The translations under genes and the position numbers were made by a program. A stretch of DNA of 64,000 nucleotides from NCBI RefSeq assembly GCF_006345805.1, contig NC_043013.1, positions 49,352,001 to 49,416,000 of the forward strand, in the 5' to 3' direction. The notes under the pieces were generated by a model. The model saw only the letters and a program-made list of their open reading frames with translations. It was not told the origin of the DNA and did no database searches. How positions within the stretch are numbered: the stretch's first letter is position 1; each line of letters opens with the position of its first letter. Source of the DNA: Octopus sinensis. Its lineage: Eukaryota. Positions 1 through 11,519 of the stretch are shown in pieces.

Positions 1-140
1 CACTTAGCGGTTCGGCAAAAGAGACCGATAGAATAAGTACTGGGCTTACAAAGAATAAGTTCCGGGGTTGATTTGCTCGACTAAAGGCGGTGCTCCAGCA
101 TGGCCGCAGTCAAATGACTGAAACAAGTAAAAGAGTAAAA
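1..140 (+). mobile_element. 3' part of tRNA-derived SINE family A (cut by the window edge)
   Basis: Near-identical to the 3' ends of copies at 6615-7012, 8712-9087 and 40203-40575 (...ccagcatggccgcagtcaaatgactgaaacaagtaaaagag). Confidence 0.85.
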
Positions 141-567
141 GAAAATATATACTCACACCACTCTTCCAGCCTACAAAAATCTCTTTTACGCCAACACTTC
201 AACACATCCCCGTCTTACATCACACCCCACACATATACCCACACCTACACCACACCCCCTACACTCTACATTCTATTATTTACACACCTGCACTGGAATG
301 CGAAGCCACAATCACCCACCTACTTTCACCTATACTCATCCTCCAACCACCCACTGCTCTCCTTTTGCCTTACTGCTGACCATTCTTCATGCTTTCTCTC
401 TCACACACACACACACATATGCTAACATACAAACACATACATTTATCACATGCTAATGAACTCTATATTATCTCCCCTGGCTTCGCTCTCCTACTTCTCT
501 CTCCCTCCAAAATTCCTGTTACAATATCTTCTTGCACCAACCTACATGTGGTTTTGCTTCTGTTATA

Positions 568-990
568 CATCACCATCATCATCATCATCGTTTAACGTTC
601 GCTTTCCATGCTAGCATGGGTTGGACGATTTTGACTGAGGGCTGGCGAGTCAGATGGCTGCACCAGGCTCCAATCTTGATCTGGCAGAGTTTCTATAGCT
701 GGATGCCCTTCCTAATGCCAACCACCCCGAGAGTGTAGTGGGTGCTTTTTACGTGTCACTGGCATGAGGGCCAGTCAGGCGGCACTGGCAATGACGTCGC
801 TCGAATCTTTTTACACGTGCCACCGGCACAGGTGCCAGTGAAGCGACGTTGGTAACGATCACGCTCGAATGGTGCCCTTTTATGTGCCACGGGTACGGAA
901 GCCAGTTGGCTGCTCTGGCAACGATCACGCTCGGATGGTGCTCTTGGCACCCTACTAGCACAGGTATAAGTGCCAGTCAGGCGACGCAGG
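568..990 (-). mobile_element. Repeat family C (SINE-like, RTE-type 3' tail ending in GAT repeats)
   Basis: Homologous to 30063-30350 and 51160-51465. Shared gttggcgttaggaagggcatccag motif, internal ~50-nt subrepeats and (gat)n tail. Confidence 0.75.
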
Positions 991-1335
991 TAACAATACA
1001 TACTAATTGAATTACTTCACTCAATTTCTTCTTGCGAACCTCCTAATTGGTAACCATTCTAGTATTTCTTGCAACATTGGATTGCATTCATTTTCACTTT
1101 CTAACATAACTGGGAACTTTACTATCTCTATTGCATTTCAACACTTTCTACCAACCTGTGTAAAATAGCTTTTCAGTCAGTAGTTTCTGTACACATCCCT
1201 TCTTAATAGAATTCTTCTTCAAATCCCTTTTACAATCATCTCTCCTTTTTGCAATAATCCTTTCAAAAATTTTCTGTCACAATATATATCTACACACACA
1301 CACAATTACAAAAGAGATACTATTAGTTTCAGGCA

Positions 1336-1640
1336 TTAAGATACATTAAATTGATGGATGGGAGATAATATAGAGTTCATTAGCAACGAGTAACCGAGAG
1401 TCGACTTCGACTGAGCGGATAGATAGGTGGAATTCTTAGACCTAAAAAGAATGTGCCATCTTTCTACTACACATAACTGACATTTCTTTGACCCAAATAT
1501 TTCCGCAATTCTCCACTTGATTGTATATGATGTGCATTTGATCTTCGGACCAAACATGTGTAGCCAAGTTAGTGGCCTTATTTTTAACTGTTTAAATACA
1601 TCTAACATTATGAACTGATCCTGAAAGAGATACACAGCAT
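1336..1640 (-). mobile_element. Degenerate Penelope-like element, C-terminal endonuclease region
   Basis: Translation IKWRIAE...SKKCQLCVVERWHILF resembles the distal GIY-YIG region of PLEs. Confidence 0.45.
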
Positions 1641-1769
1641 TTTACATATCTGCCAATTTAATGTATCTTAAAGCATGAAACTATTACTAGCTCTTTTGTA
1701 ATTGTGTATGTTTGAAGATATTTATTTTTCACAGGGTGGAGTACTTTTTTTTTTGATGATCCTACCTGT

Positions 1770-1921
1770 AGGTGCATGAGTGGCTGCATCACAGGAAACT
1801 TGCTTCTCAACCACACGGTTCCAGGTTCAAACCCACTGCATGGCAAGTGTCTTCTACAATAGCTGCGGGCCAAGTAAAGCCTTGTGAATGAATTTGGTAG
1901 ATGGAAACTGAAAGAAGGCTG

Positions 1922-1993
<72 letters not shown>

Positions 1994-2240
1994 TGTGTGT
2001 GTGTGTATGTATGTATACATCTATGTGTGCATCTTTATGTCAGTGTTTGTCCCCCACACTCGACAACCAGTGTTGGTATGTTTATGTCCCCATAACTTAA
2101 CAGTTCGGCAAAAGGCACTGACAGAATAAGTACCCGGCCTTAAAAAGTGACCTGGGACGATTTGCTCAACTAAAACCTTTCAAGGCAATGCCCCAGCATG
2201 GCTGGTGTCAAAAATGTCTGAAACAAGTAAAACTAAAAGA
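1770..2240 (+). mobile_element. SINE family A, diverged, with expanded internal (TA)n(TG)n
   Basis: B-box-like ggttcaaaccc. Body and tail match the other family A copies. Confidence 0.8.
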
Positions 2241-3039
2241 TAATAGAACTGCAAACTCTCTCACATACTCTCTTCTGCTCAACTATCTTTTTATTGACTT
2301 GTAATTTTTCCTTTGAATCTCAACTTTTTTATGTAAAATAACTTAACTCCCTACAATACTTTTTACTTTCTGTTTTGTATCCTTTTTATAATTATCTCTG
2401 CATTTTGCAAAAACTATTCCCCGTGCTTTATATATATATTTCTTAATTATTCTGTTCCTAACTTCTCTGCCTTTTTACATACTCTTTCATGCTCAACAGT
2501 TTTCTTTTTTCTTTCTATTTTTCCAGATATTATACCTAACCTTTTCCCCACTTTTATCAACTCTGAACTCATACCTGATTTTTTTTTTCTCACCTTCTAC
2601 ACCATTTTCTTCAATCTTCCCCCATCTTTTCTTCTTCACCCCTTCCTCTCACCTTCACCACAGTCATATCCCCATCAACTCCACTCACCCTCATCCAACC
2701 ACCTGCACCCCAAACTGCTCACAAGTCTCCCCCTATGACCATCTCTTTATACACATACTCATATATATTAACACAACAACTCACCTACTTCTCTTCCTTT
2801 CTTCTTAACTCACCGTCTACAATCACATTCCCACCTGGCCCCAACCCTTTTTTCTTTCCTTCTTTCCACTATGCTTCTTCCATTCTTTTTTTCTGATAAT
2901 TGACTCTAATACCCAAAATGTCAAAGAACGTTTTCTATTTTCTTTTCAGTGTGAAACTAATAACACCATTGTGAAAGCTTTTCCCCTCTTGTGTTTTTTC
3001 TAGATTTTCTTCTTTTTTATCATTAATCATATCTATGAA

Positions 3040-3280
3040 TGCATGTGTGTAATGTTGTGTCTCCTTGTCGTGATTGTTCTAAATGACTATTACTGTCATG
3101 GAGGTGATGTCATTCATTTCCAAAATTCTATGAAAACATATCAGGTCATGGAAGAATATTACCTTATTTGGAAACAGAAGAAAGTTAGTGACAGAGCAGG
3201 CATCTAGCTGTAAAAGATCTCCCTCAATGACCTCTAATCCAGGTAAGCATGGCTTAGTGAACATTTAAATGAGGATGGTG
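3040..3280 (+). mobile_element. Old diverged SINE fragment with RTE-type tail
   Basis: Similar to 27150-27395 and to the family C tail. Confidence 0.45.
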
Positions 3281-3311
<31 letters not shown>

Positions 3312-3564
3312 TTTTGGAGTGAAATACTTTCTGAATGACTTGAAACATGATTCAAAGAATCCTTAGCTCAGAAGTTATACTGAATAAAAGATAACACAGG
3401 TTAAATGAGATGTTGCGATGTTCATGATTTTTTTTTTACTCTTATGCCACTTTATAAAAATATATCACAATAATATTCCATATTTCTAAAAGCTATAATT
3501 TTTTATGCTGTTTTTTTTTTACCTGTATTTTAGTTAACTTTTAAAAGCTTCACAAATTAGTTTC

Positions 3565-3722
3565 AAATTTTGACCCAAAGCCAGTAATTTTAGGGAAAGG
3601 GGTAAGTTGATTACATCAGTCCCATTGATCAACTGGTACTTATTTTATCGACCCCAAAAGGACAGAATTTGAACTCAGAATGTAAAGACATATAAAATAT
3701 CACTAACCATTTTGCCTGGCAT
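3565..3722 (-). mobile_element. Degenerate SINE family B fragment (Meta/MESC-like domain)
   Basis: aactggtacttattttatcgacccc motif shared with the family B copies. Confidence 0.65.
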
Positions 3723-3916
3723 AGATGATTTATATATTAACAAGAGTTTTTCTTTTCATACAGATGGCCTCTGCATTGTTATATTTCCATATGGCACTTA
3801 ATGTGCAACCTTGTGAATGACCCATTCATCACTACTTGAGCAAATATGATGAGCACTGTGATTCTTTCATGATAAGAGAATAATGGTGAAACAAATTACA
3901 AGAATACAAGAATACC

Positions 3917-4335
3917 CATTTCTTTACAACCCACAAGGGGCTAAACACAGAGGGGACAAACGAGGACAGATAAACGGATTAAGTCAATTTCATCGACCCC
4001 AGTGTGTAACTGGTACTTATTTAATCGACCCCGGGAGGATGAAAGGCAAAGTCGACTTTGGTGGAATTTGAACTCAGAACGTAATGGCAGACAAAATACC
4101 TATTTCATTACTACCCACAAGGGGTTAAACACAGAGGGGACAAACAAGGATAGACAAACGGATTAAGTCGATTATATCGACCCCAATGCGTAACTGGTAC
4201 TTATTTAATCGACCCCGGGAGGATGAAAGGCAAAGTCAACCGTGGCGGAATTTGAACTCAGAACATAGCAGCAGATGAAATACCACTAAGCAAATTCATC
4301 CAGCGTGCTAACGATTCTGCCAGCTTGCCGCCTTA
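3917..4335 (-). mobile_element. Head-to-tail dimer of tRNA-derived SINE family B with 14-bp TSD
   Basis: Two tandem units containing gcctttcatcct...gtcgat...agtaccag, flanked by aatacaagaatacc at 3903-3916 and 4336-4349. Confidence 0.85.
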
Positions 4336-4389
4336 AATACAAGAATACCAATCATTGTATTGCCTTCTTTCTTCACTGTATAAATATTG

Positions 4390-4600
4390 ATTTCAAATTT
4401 TGGCACAAGGCCAGCAACTTTGGGGTAAGAGTAAGTAAATGACATCAACCAAAATACTCAACCGGTTCTTATTTTATTGAACCCGAGAGGATGAAAGGCA
4501 AAGTCATCCTCTGCAGATTTGAACTTAGGATGTAAAGACGGATGAAATGCTGCTAAGTATCTTATCCAGCATGATAACAATTCTACCAGCTCCTTGCATT
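4390..4600 (-). mobile_element. Degenerate SINE family B variant
   Basis: gatgaaaggcaaagtc core. Tail tttcaaattttggcacaag shared with the copies near 3565 and 11310. Confidence 0.65.
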
Positions 4601-4629
4601 GTTCACAATAAAAATATCTCTACCTTTTA

Positions 4630-4850
4630 TTTTGGATTTGTTTCAGTCATTGGGGAGCAGCTACGCTGAGGCACTGCCTTGAAGGTTTTGGTCAAACAAA
4701 TTGACACCAGTACTTAAATTTTTTAAGCTTGACCCTTATTTTGTATTGGTTTCATTGGCTGAACTGCTAAATTATCTGAACATAAACAATACTGGTTGTG
4801 AAGTGGTGGTGGTGTGGAACAGACACAAAAACACTAATACACACATACAT
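4630..4850 (-). mobile_element. Degenerate 3' half of SINE family A
   Basis: ttgtttcagtcatt tail and diverged body. Confidence 0.55.
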
Positions 4851-5562
4851 ACATGTTTCTTGCCACACAGTCATGCTTGCACCCAAGTAGTTTCCATGTA
4901 TTAAATATGTTACAAATAACTTATCCAATCACTTCACACAAAGACAAAGATTCTACAGGAAATGTGGCATTCCTACCTTTCAGTGTAAAGTGGATGGTTC
5001 CAATGAAGAAATATATCTGAATGGAATATTTTGACTTACCTCTATTCCATAGGAATCTTGTGTCCTAAAATGTTCATTTTGCACATCTGTTTACACCTGA
5101 AACACATCCTCATGCAAAACACATTCAAAGATTTCTTCCTCAGCAAGAATCTTCATATTTGGAAAATATTTTCTCAACTTTCTTTTATTTACCATAGAAT
5201 TGAAAGTGTATTTAAAAATGAATATCACGGTACATTATAAAAAGGGCCTCATGTTTAATAAGCATCTTTATACCTGTAGCCCAGTTTGTTGAACTGTATC
5301 TCTTCTCTGGTGTGTTTTCCGTTACTAAGCATTCTTTTTAATAAAAACCAGTTAAAAGTCTCATCCAACCTCCACGTTAAATCCTTCTTTTTCAAAATTT
5401 AGAAAAGTTTATTTTATTTTCTTTAAAACTTGTGAAATTTTGAGAATCTTTTCCTTATATTTAAATCTAAGCACTAAATAATTTTATAAAGCATTAAATT
5501 CTGTTTATCTTTTAGGATTATTTTCAGGTTACCATAGTATTTTGTAGTGTTTTTTTAATAAA

Positions 5563-5790
5563 TTAACCCTTTAATATTCAGAGTACTCCATCAAATTTAA
5601 TGCTTTTTGGTTCACACTGTTTTGAAGTAATCATGCATTATCTTGAAGCTTTAAGATTTTGATGATGTGGTTGCTTATTTTTAGAATGACATTGTAGAGT
5701 AAGTGTGAGAGGCTGAATATGGCCAGTCTGAACATAAAATAAGTAGAATATTTGGGCCGGAAACAGCCGGTTTAAATACTAAAGGGTTAA
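5563..5790. mobile_element. TTAA-targeting (piggyBac-like) MITE
   Basis: TTAA|CCCTTTAATATT...AATACTAAAGGG|TTAA: terminal inverted repeats with TTAA duplication. Confidence 0.75.
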
Positions 5791-5794
5791 TCAA

Positions 5795-6610
5795 AGATAG
5801 TGACACAATTTCTATGACCATTGCAGAATCTGTCAAACTGATAAGCTTAACATGTTCAGCTTGCAGGTACAAGTTCGCAGGGAAAGTGTAGACAGAGAGA
5901 ATTTCAGAGGATTTCAGTTATTTGAAAGAAGGAATGTATGAAGCATCTCAAGCCAGGCTTAGGAAGTGAGTTAAAAAATAGCCAATAGGTTGGGTGGCTC
6001 TGAGTGGAAAGAATAGACCCCTATCTAGTACAGAACAGAGGCTTTGCAGTTCAATAAAGGTAACAAAAATTCACATTTGTAGTTATTTAAAGGTTTAAGT
6101 TGTGCATTCTTAATAAGCTAATGAGAAAAAGGTTGCCTTATATGTAGTGACTGTCTTAAATGAGAGTAGATTATCATGTCTCTATTAAAGAATGTTCTCA
6201 AATGCATTGCTCGGAGAAGAAATATATATATGTCTGGTGTGGGGTGTTTAAGTTGCATGACACTGATGCTGTGTGAGGAGAGGTAAGGAGGGATAATGGT
6301 GTGCATTGTTAGAAGAGACAACAATTAAGTCATTAGCGAACAGGATGTAGAGTGTGCAAGAAATCACTAGACCTTGAGATAAACCACAAATGATAGTGGG
6401 CATCAAAGATGAACCAATCAGCACACAATGCATACAATGATAAGAAGAAATGAGGGAGGGATAAGGACCATGCACAGGCAATTTAGAAGATCCCAAGACC
6501 AGACATGACTGAAGGTTTTGCTGATAATAGATGCAATAACAGGATCAGAAGTTGTCTTTTTTTGATGAGAGGACACACTATGGTGGTTTCCCAAAGAATC
6601 CCTGTAAAAC
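5795..6610 (-). mobile_element. Degenerate non-LTR retrotransposon RT fragment (Jockey/CR1/L2-like), interrupted by a SINE and probably continuing to ~7330
   Basis: GLSQGLVISCTLYILFANDL corresponds to the RT GVPQGSxLSPxLFxxxINDL motif. Frameshifts and stops are present. Confidence 0.6.
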
Positions 6611-6614
6611 ATAT

Positions 6615-7012
6615 ACTCTTTTACTCTTTTACTTGTTTCAGTCATTTGACTGCGGCCATGCTGGATCACCGCCTTTAGTCGAGCAAATCGACTCCGGGAC
6701 TTATTCTTTGTAAGCCCAGTACTTATTCTATCGGTCTCTTTTGCCGAACCACTAAGTGACGGGGACGTAAACACACCAGCATCGGTTGTCAAGCAATGCT
6801 AGGGGAACAAACACAGACACACAAACACATACATATATATACATATATACGACAGGCTTCTTTCAGTTTCCGTCTACCAGATCCACTCACAAGGCATTGG
6901 TCGGCCCGGGGCTATAGCAGAAGACACTTGCCCAAGATGCCACGCAGCGGGACTGAACCCGGAACCATGTGGTTGGTTAGCAAGCTACTTACCACACAGC
7001 CACTCCTGCGCC
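6615..7012 (-). mobile_element. Full-length SINE family A
   Basis: tRNA-like head ggcgcaggagtggctgtgtggtaag...gggttcagtccc, internal microsatellite, (aaaagagt)n tail. Confidence 0.9.
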
Positions 7013-8223
7013 TTTATAGTTCATAAATGTTAGCATAGGGGAGGGAGAATTATCAAGAAGATTTCTTTTAATTCCAAAGTTGCAGCACTTTCTTATTTGT
7101 GTAATTTTTTATTAAAGAGGTAAATGAAACTAGAAATCAGGAGTCATTGGAAACTGCCACTTTGATGTCTCTAAGAAGTTGGTGGTTGCAGTGAGTGTCT
7201 TGAAATTTTGTGCTTTCTGAAGGAAAAGAAGGAATGCATGGCTATCAGTTAATAGAGCGGTTTATGAAGGCGTTACCAATGTAGCTGCATCCTGGTCCTC
7301 TCTGGCCTTTGGTATCCACTATGAAGTCTTTTCCACTTATATCTTCTGACTAACAGTGACACTACACAAGGAAAAATACAGTCAGAATGAGCATGTCAAA
7401 TCATGGTATCTTCAATGCTGGGCTGATGGCTTTAAAACAGGTGGCACATTTGGGCCTATTTGCACTTTTTTTGAAGAGTGAAATTTTCTCAATGAATTAA
7501 ACATAAATTTTTTTAAATAAATTTCAAAAAATAGGATATTGTTGATAAATAATCAAAATTTATTCCATCTTTGGCAGTACATTCATATAGCTGTCTGATT
7601 TACACTTAATTGTTATCTTTGCAGTGCTCCAGGACCAGTAATAGAAATATTCAGAATAAATGGAAACAATCAAAATAACTCTCCTTGTAACAAATACATC
7701 ATGATTCAATCAACTTCCAGTAATTTGCCAAGCAGACACATTTTCATTTCAGAACTAGCAATCTCAGGTCATAGAACTAAATGTAAAGTACAATTTACAC
7801 TTAATATAGATTTTTGAAAATAATAAAAAATAAAAAGTGGAATATGGGAATTTCTGATGTTAATGCCTCTCTGAGAGGCATTAATAACATAATTAAAGAA
7901 ATTTCAAATGGGAAACAAAACTGGATCACAGATTTATTTCTCAAAGTTACTGTATTATAAAAAAAAACTCACCATAATAAAAAATATATATTAATGAAAA
8001 TAAAATTACTTTTATCAGAATGTAATCTATAGAAAAGCAGAGAAGATAATGTTTTGATATTGCACATACCACAATGAAAAATTAAAGGGTTATTAGGATT
8101 TTATAGATTGCCATATATATAGCCAATAATTAATAAAACTAAGATTAAAGAAGTGCTTTCTTCATAACAAATGAGGTAGTTTGAAAATACACACACAAAT
8201 ACACACTTGTATGTATATATATA

Positions 8224-8274
<51 letters not shown>

Positions 8275-8711
8275 GATATAGATATATATGCATACAGTGA
8301 CATATATATGTGTGTGCATGTATATATATAAACTGATATATTTTTCAAACATGAGAATATGAAAGTTTTGTTTTGCAATCTAAATAACATTTTAATTAAA
8401 GTAATTTTTAATTGTTTCTCTTTGTATTAGCAAAATGACCAGTGGATAAATTATCTGATTGCCAGCTCATCTGTTGTTATTTGAGTGATTACAAGCTGAA
8501 CATATTCTTGTGAGACTCTGAGTAGCAGATTCAATTCCGAATCACTTCTCACAGGGAGAAGTTAAGGGGATAAAAATTACCTGTAATAAACAAGTATCAA
8601 ATGCAGAGAGAGAAACTTGTCTTTTGTTTGTTAAATGTTTAAAAAACTGGAAATATGCATCAGTATATGGGTAATGAAAGAATGAACCTAATTCTTATTT
8701 GAAAATATATT

Positions 8712-9087
8712 CGCAGCAGGAGTGGCTGTGTGGTAAGTAGCTTGTTTACCAACCACATGATTCCGAGTTCAGTCCCAGTGCGTGGCACCTTGGGAAAGTG
8801 TCTTCTACTATAGCCTCGGGCCGACCAAAGCCTTGTGAGTGGATTTGGTAGACGGAAACTGAAAGAAGCCCATCGTATATATATATGTGTATGTGTGTGT
8901 GTTTGTCCTCCTAGCATTGCTTGACAACCGATGCTGGTGTGTTTACGTCCCCGTCACTTAGCGGTTCGGCAAAAGAGACCAATAGAATTAGTACTGGGCT
9001 TACAAAGAATAAGTCCCGGGGTAGAGTTGCTCGATTAAAGGCGTTGCTCCAGCATGGCCGCAGTCAAATGACTGAAACATGTAAAGA
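8712..9087 (+). mobile_element. Full-length SINE family A
   Basis: High identity to 6615-7012 in the opposite orientation. Confidence 0.9.
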
Positions 9088-9580
9088 AAAAATATATCTA
9101 TATATAACTCTTTTTGTCTTCATTGTTTATATCCATGCCACTCTGAGTTATTTCTCTTAGCACATTTCACTTGCATCATGAATATTAACATAAGCCATAA
9201 ATATGTTCCGTTCTTTTTGTATTTGTCTAAGTATTTCATCTGCTGGATTTGATGACTGCTGTCATCATGACACCTTTAACAGTGCCTACATATTTCCTCT
9301 AGACAGAGTGTCCTCTCCTTAATGGCATATCAATTTTGAAGGATTCTTGAATCTTTAGATTATTTTTCCCATTTCATTTACAATGAGTCATGGCTGGCAA
9401 AAAGACATTTGCTTATTCTTCTCTCTAAGAAAAAATAATTTCAATAAATCAAGAATCTCATTGTATAGTATTTTAGTATTTCTACCATTATTTGCTTTTG
9501 CTGTATATATCCATGCCACAGAACAATTAGCATTATTTCACTTAGCTCATTTGCATTTAACCTCATAAATATGCATACAA

Positions 9581-9618
<38 letters not shown>

Positions 9619-10019
9619 AGTGGGGATATAAAAAGCTGTTTTCAAAATATATATATATGGATATATACAAATATACATACATACATACATACATACATAC
9701 ATACATACGTATGTATATACCTCGCATCTGTTATAAACAAGAAAAGCCCCAAACAAAACTATCCTTACAAAAATCTATCACCCATCACAAACAGCTTCTT
9801 GACAATACTCTAACAACCCCTTGGATGAAACAACAAAATCTCTGAAATTAGTTGTGGAACTATCAACAGTGACAAAGAATAGAGACAACAATGTAAAAGA
9901 AAAAAAGCAGACACTATATAAAAATATAATACACTATCTTCAGCTGCTTGTTCGAGGATCTTCATGGTTTCAGCATCAAAAGCAACACCACATCATCCAA
10001 CAGTGTCAACAGCATCAAC

Positions 10020-10150
10020 TTTCTCTCACTCTCTCTTCCTGTTTCTTGAGTAATGCTGTGATGGACTGTCATCCCATCCAGCTGGGGGGAATACATACGC
10101 CACAGAAACCAGGAAACCGGGCCCATGAACCTAGGCTTGAAAAGGGTGCA
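10020..10150 (+). mobile_element. 3' fragment of SINE family E
   Basis: Matches the tail of 44725-45012 (gaaaccgg...catga). Confidence 0.5.
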
Positions 10151-10342
10151 TAAATAAAATTATATATATATACACACACATACATACATACACACACACA
10201 CGCACTCACATACACACAAACACCTGTAGTGTTTTTTGTTTATTTAAGCTGATCTAATGGTTTCTTGCTCTGGAGTTTCTACAGAGGTAACAGTTTGACA
10301 TTTCTGAAGAAGCAGTGGAATGCCATGGTAACTCCAGTGTAA

Positions 10343-10664
10343 AGACTCCGCCGGTTACGACGACGAGGGTCCCAGCTGATACGGTCAACAGAACAGCTTG
10401 CTCATGAAATTAACGTGCAAATGGCTGAGCATTCCACAGACACGTGTACCCTTAACGTAGTTCTCGGGGATAATCAGCGTGACACAGAGAGTGACAAGGC
10501 TGAACCTTTGAAATACAAGTACAACTCATTTTTGCCAGCTGAGTGGACTGGAGCAACGTGAAATAAAGTGTCTTGCTCAAGGACACAACGCGTCGCCGGG
10601 AATCAAACTCACAACCTTACGATCATGAGCCGAATGCCCTAACCACTAAGCCACGTGCCCTCAC
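10343..10664 (-). mobile_element. tRNA-derived CORE-like SINE (family D) with 13-bp TSD
   Basis: Head gggcacgtggcttagtggttagg...gagtttgattcc and CORE-like gtgtccttgagcaagacact. TSD aactccagtgtaa at 10330-10342 and 10665-10677. Confidence 0.85.
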
Positions 10665-11309
10665 AACTCCAGTGTAACAGGCCACTTGATTAACTTAATC
10701 TGTTGCATTCCAAATTTATACTGAATACTTGTTCTCTGGATCATTGGCCAACAACACACACACATATGTATGTACATACATAAATACATACATGCACACT
10801 TACATATGTGTATAGACAGGAAATAAACCATATAAAACTAAAATTCTGAACAAAAACATACAAAATGAAAACACCTTACATTGCTAAATAGAAAACAATT
10901 TTTCATACCACCATTATTCAGTTACTATATTAGAATGTTTGCATGATACAGCACTATATGTGTGTGTGTGTGTGTGCATGTGATATATATATATATACAT
11001 ATACACACACATACATAAATATATGTGTATGTATACATACACATATATGTACATATATATATATATATGTATATATATATATGTATGTATGTATGTATAT
11101 ATGTATGTATGTATGCATGTATGTATGTACATACATAGTATGTATATATGTAAGTTTCTATGTATTTCCAGTTAGTCCATATGTCAGAAATAAAAGCACA
11201 CTCAACATTATAGGACAGATATATGTTTTTATATCCTCAAACAATATATTTATTACTGGCTATGGGATATTATTGGTCTGAATGTTGCCATCAGTTTCTC
11301 ACCAAATAT

Positions 11310-11510
11310 TGGTTTCAAATTTTCACACAAAGCCACCAATTACAGGAGTGGGGCTAAGTAGATTACATAAACCCCAGTGTTCAACTGGTACTTATCTTAA
11401 CCCTGAAAGGAAGAAAGGCAAAGTCCACCTCGGAACACAAAGTTGGAAGAAATGCTGCTAAGCATTTTGTCCAGCACAGTAACAATTCTGGCAGCTCACT
11501 CGCTACCTTA
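11310..11510 (-). mobile_element. Degenerate SINE family B variant
   Basis: ccccagtgttcaactggtactt and aggcaaagtc motifs. Confidence 0.6.
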
Positions 11511-11519
11511 CCACAGGAC

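Noticed and set aside
6418-7026. Recurrent ORFs MTTDAGVFTSPSLSGSAKE and RQASFSFRLP
   Set aside because: They are SINE family A sequence, repeated at 90, 8660-9160 and 40237-40594, not host genes.
7625-7817. Plus-strand acceptor followed by ~63 open codons (APGPVIEIFRING...)
   Set aside because: No recognisable homology, no clear donor and no partner exons.
8172-8181. TGAGGTAGT resembling let-7
   Set aside because: Only the first 9 nt match and there is no hairpin.
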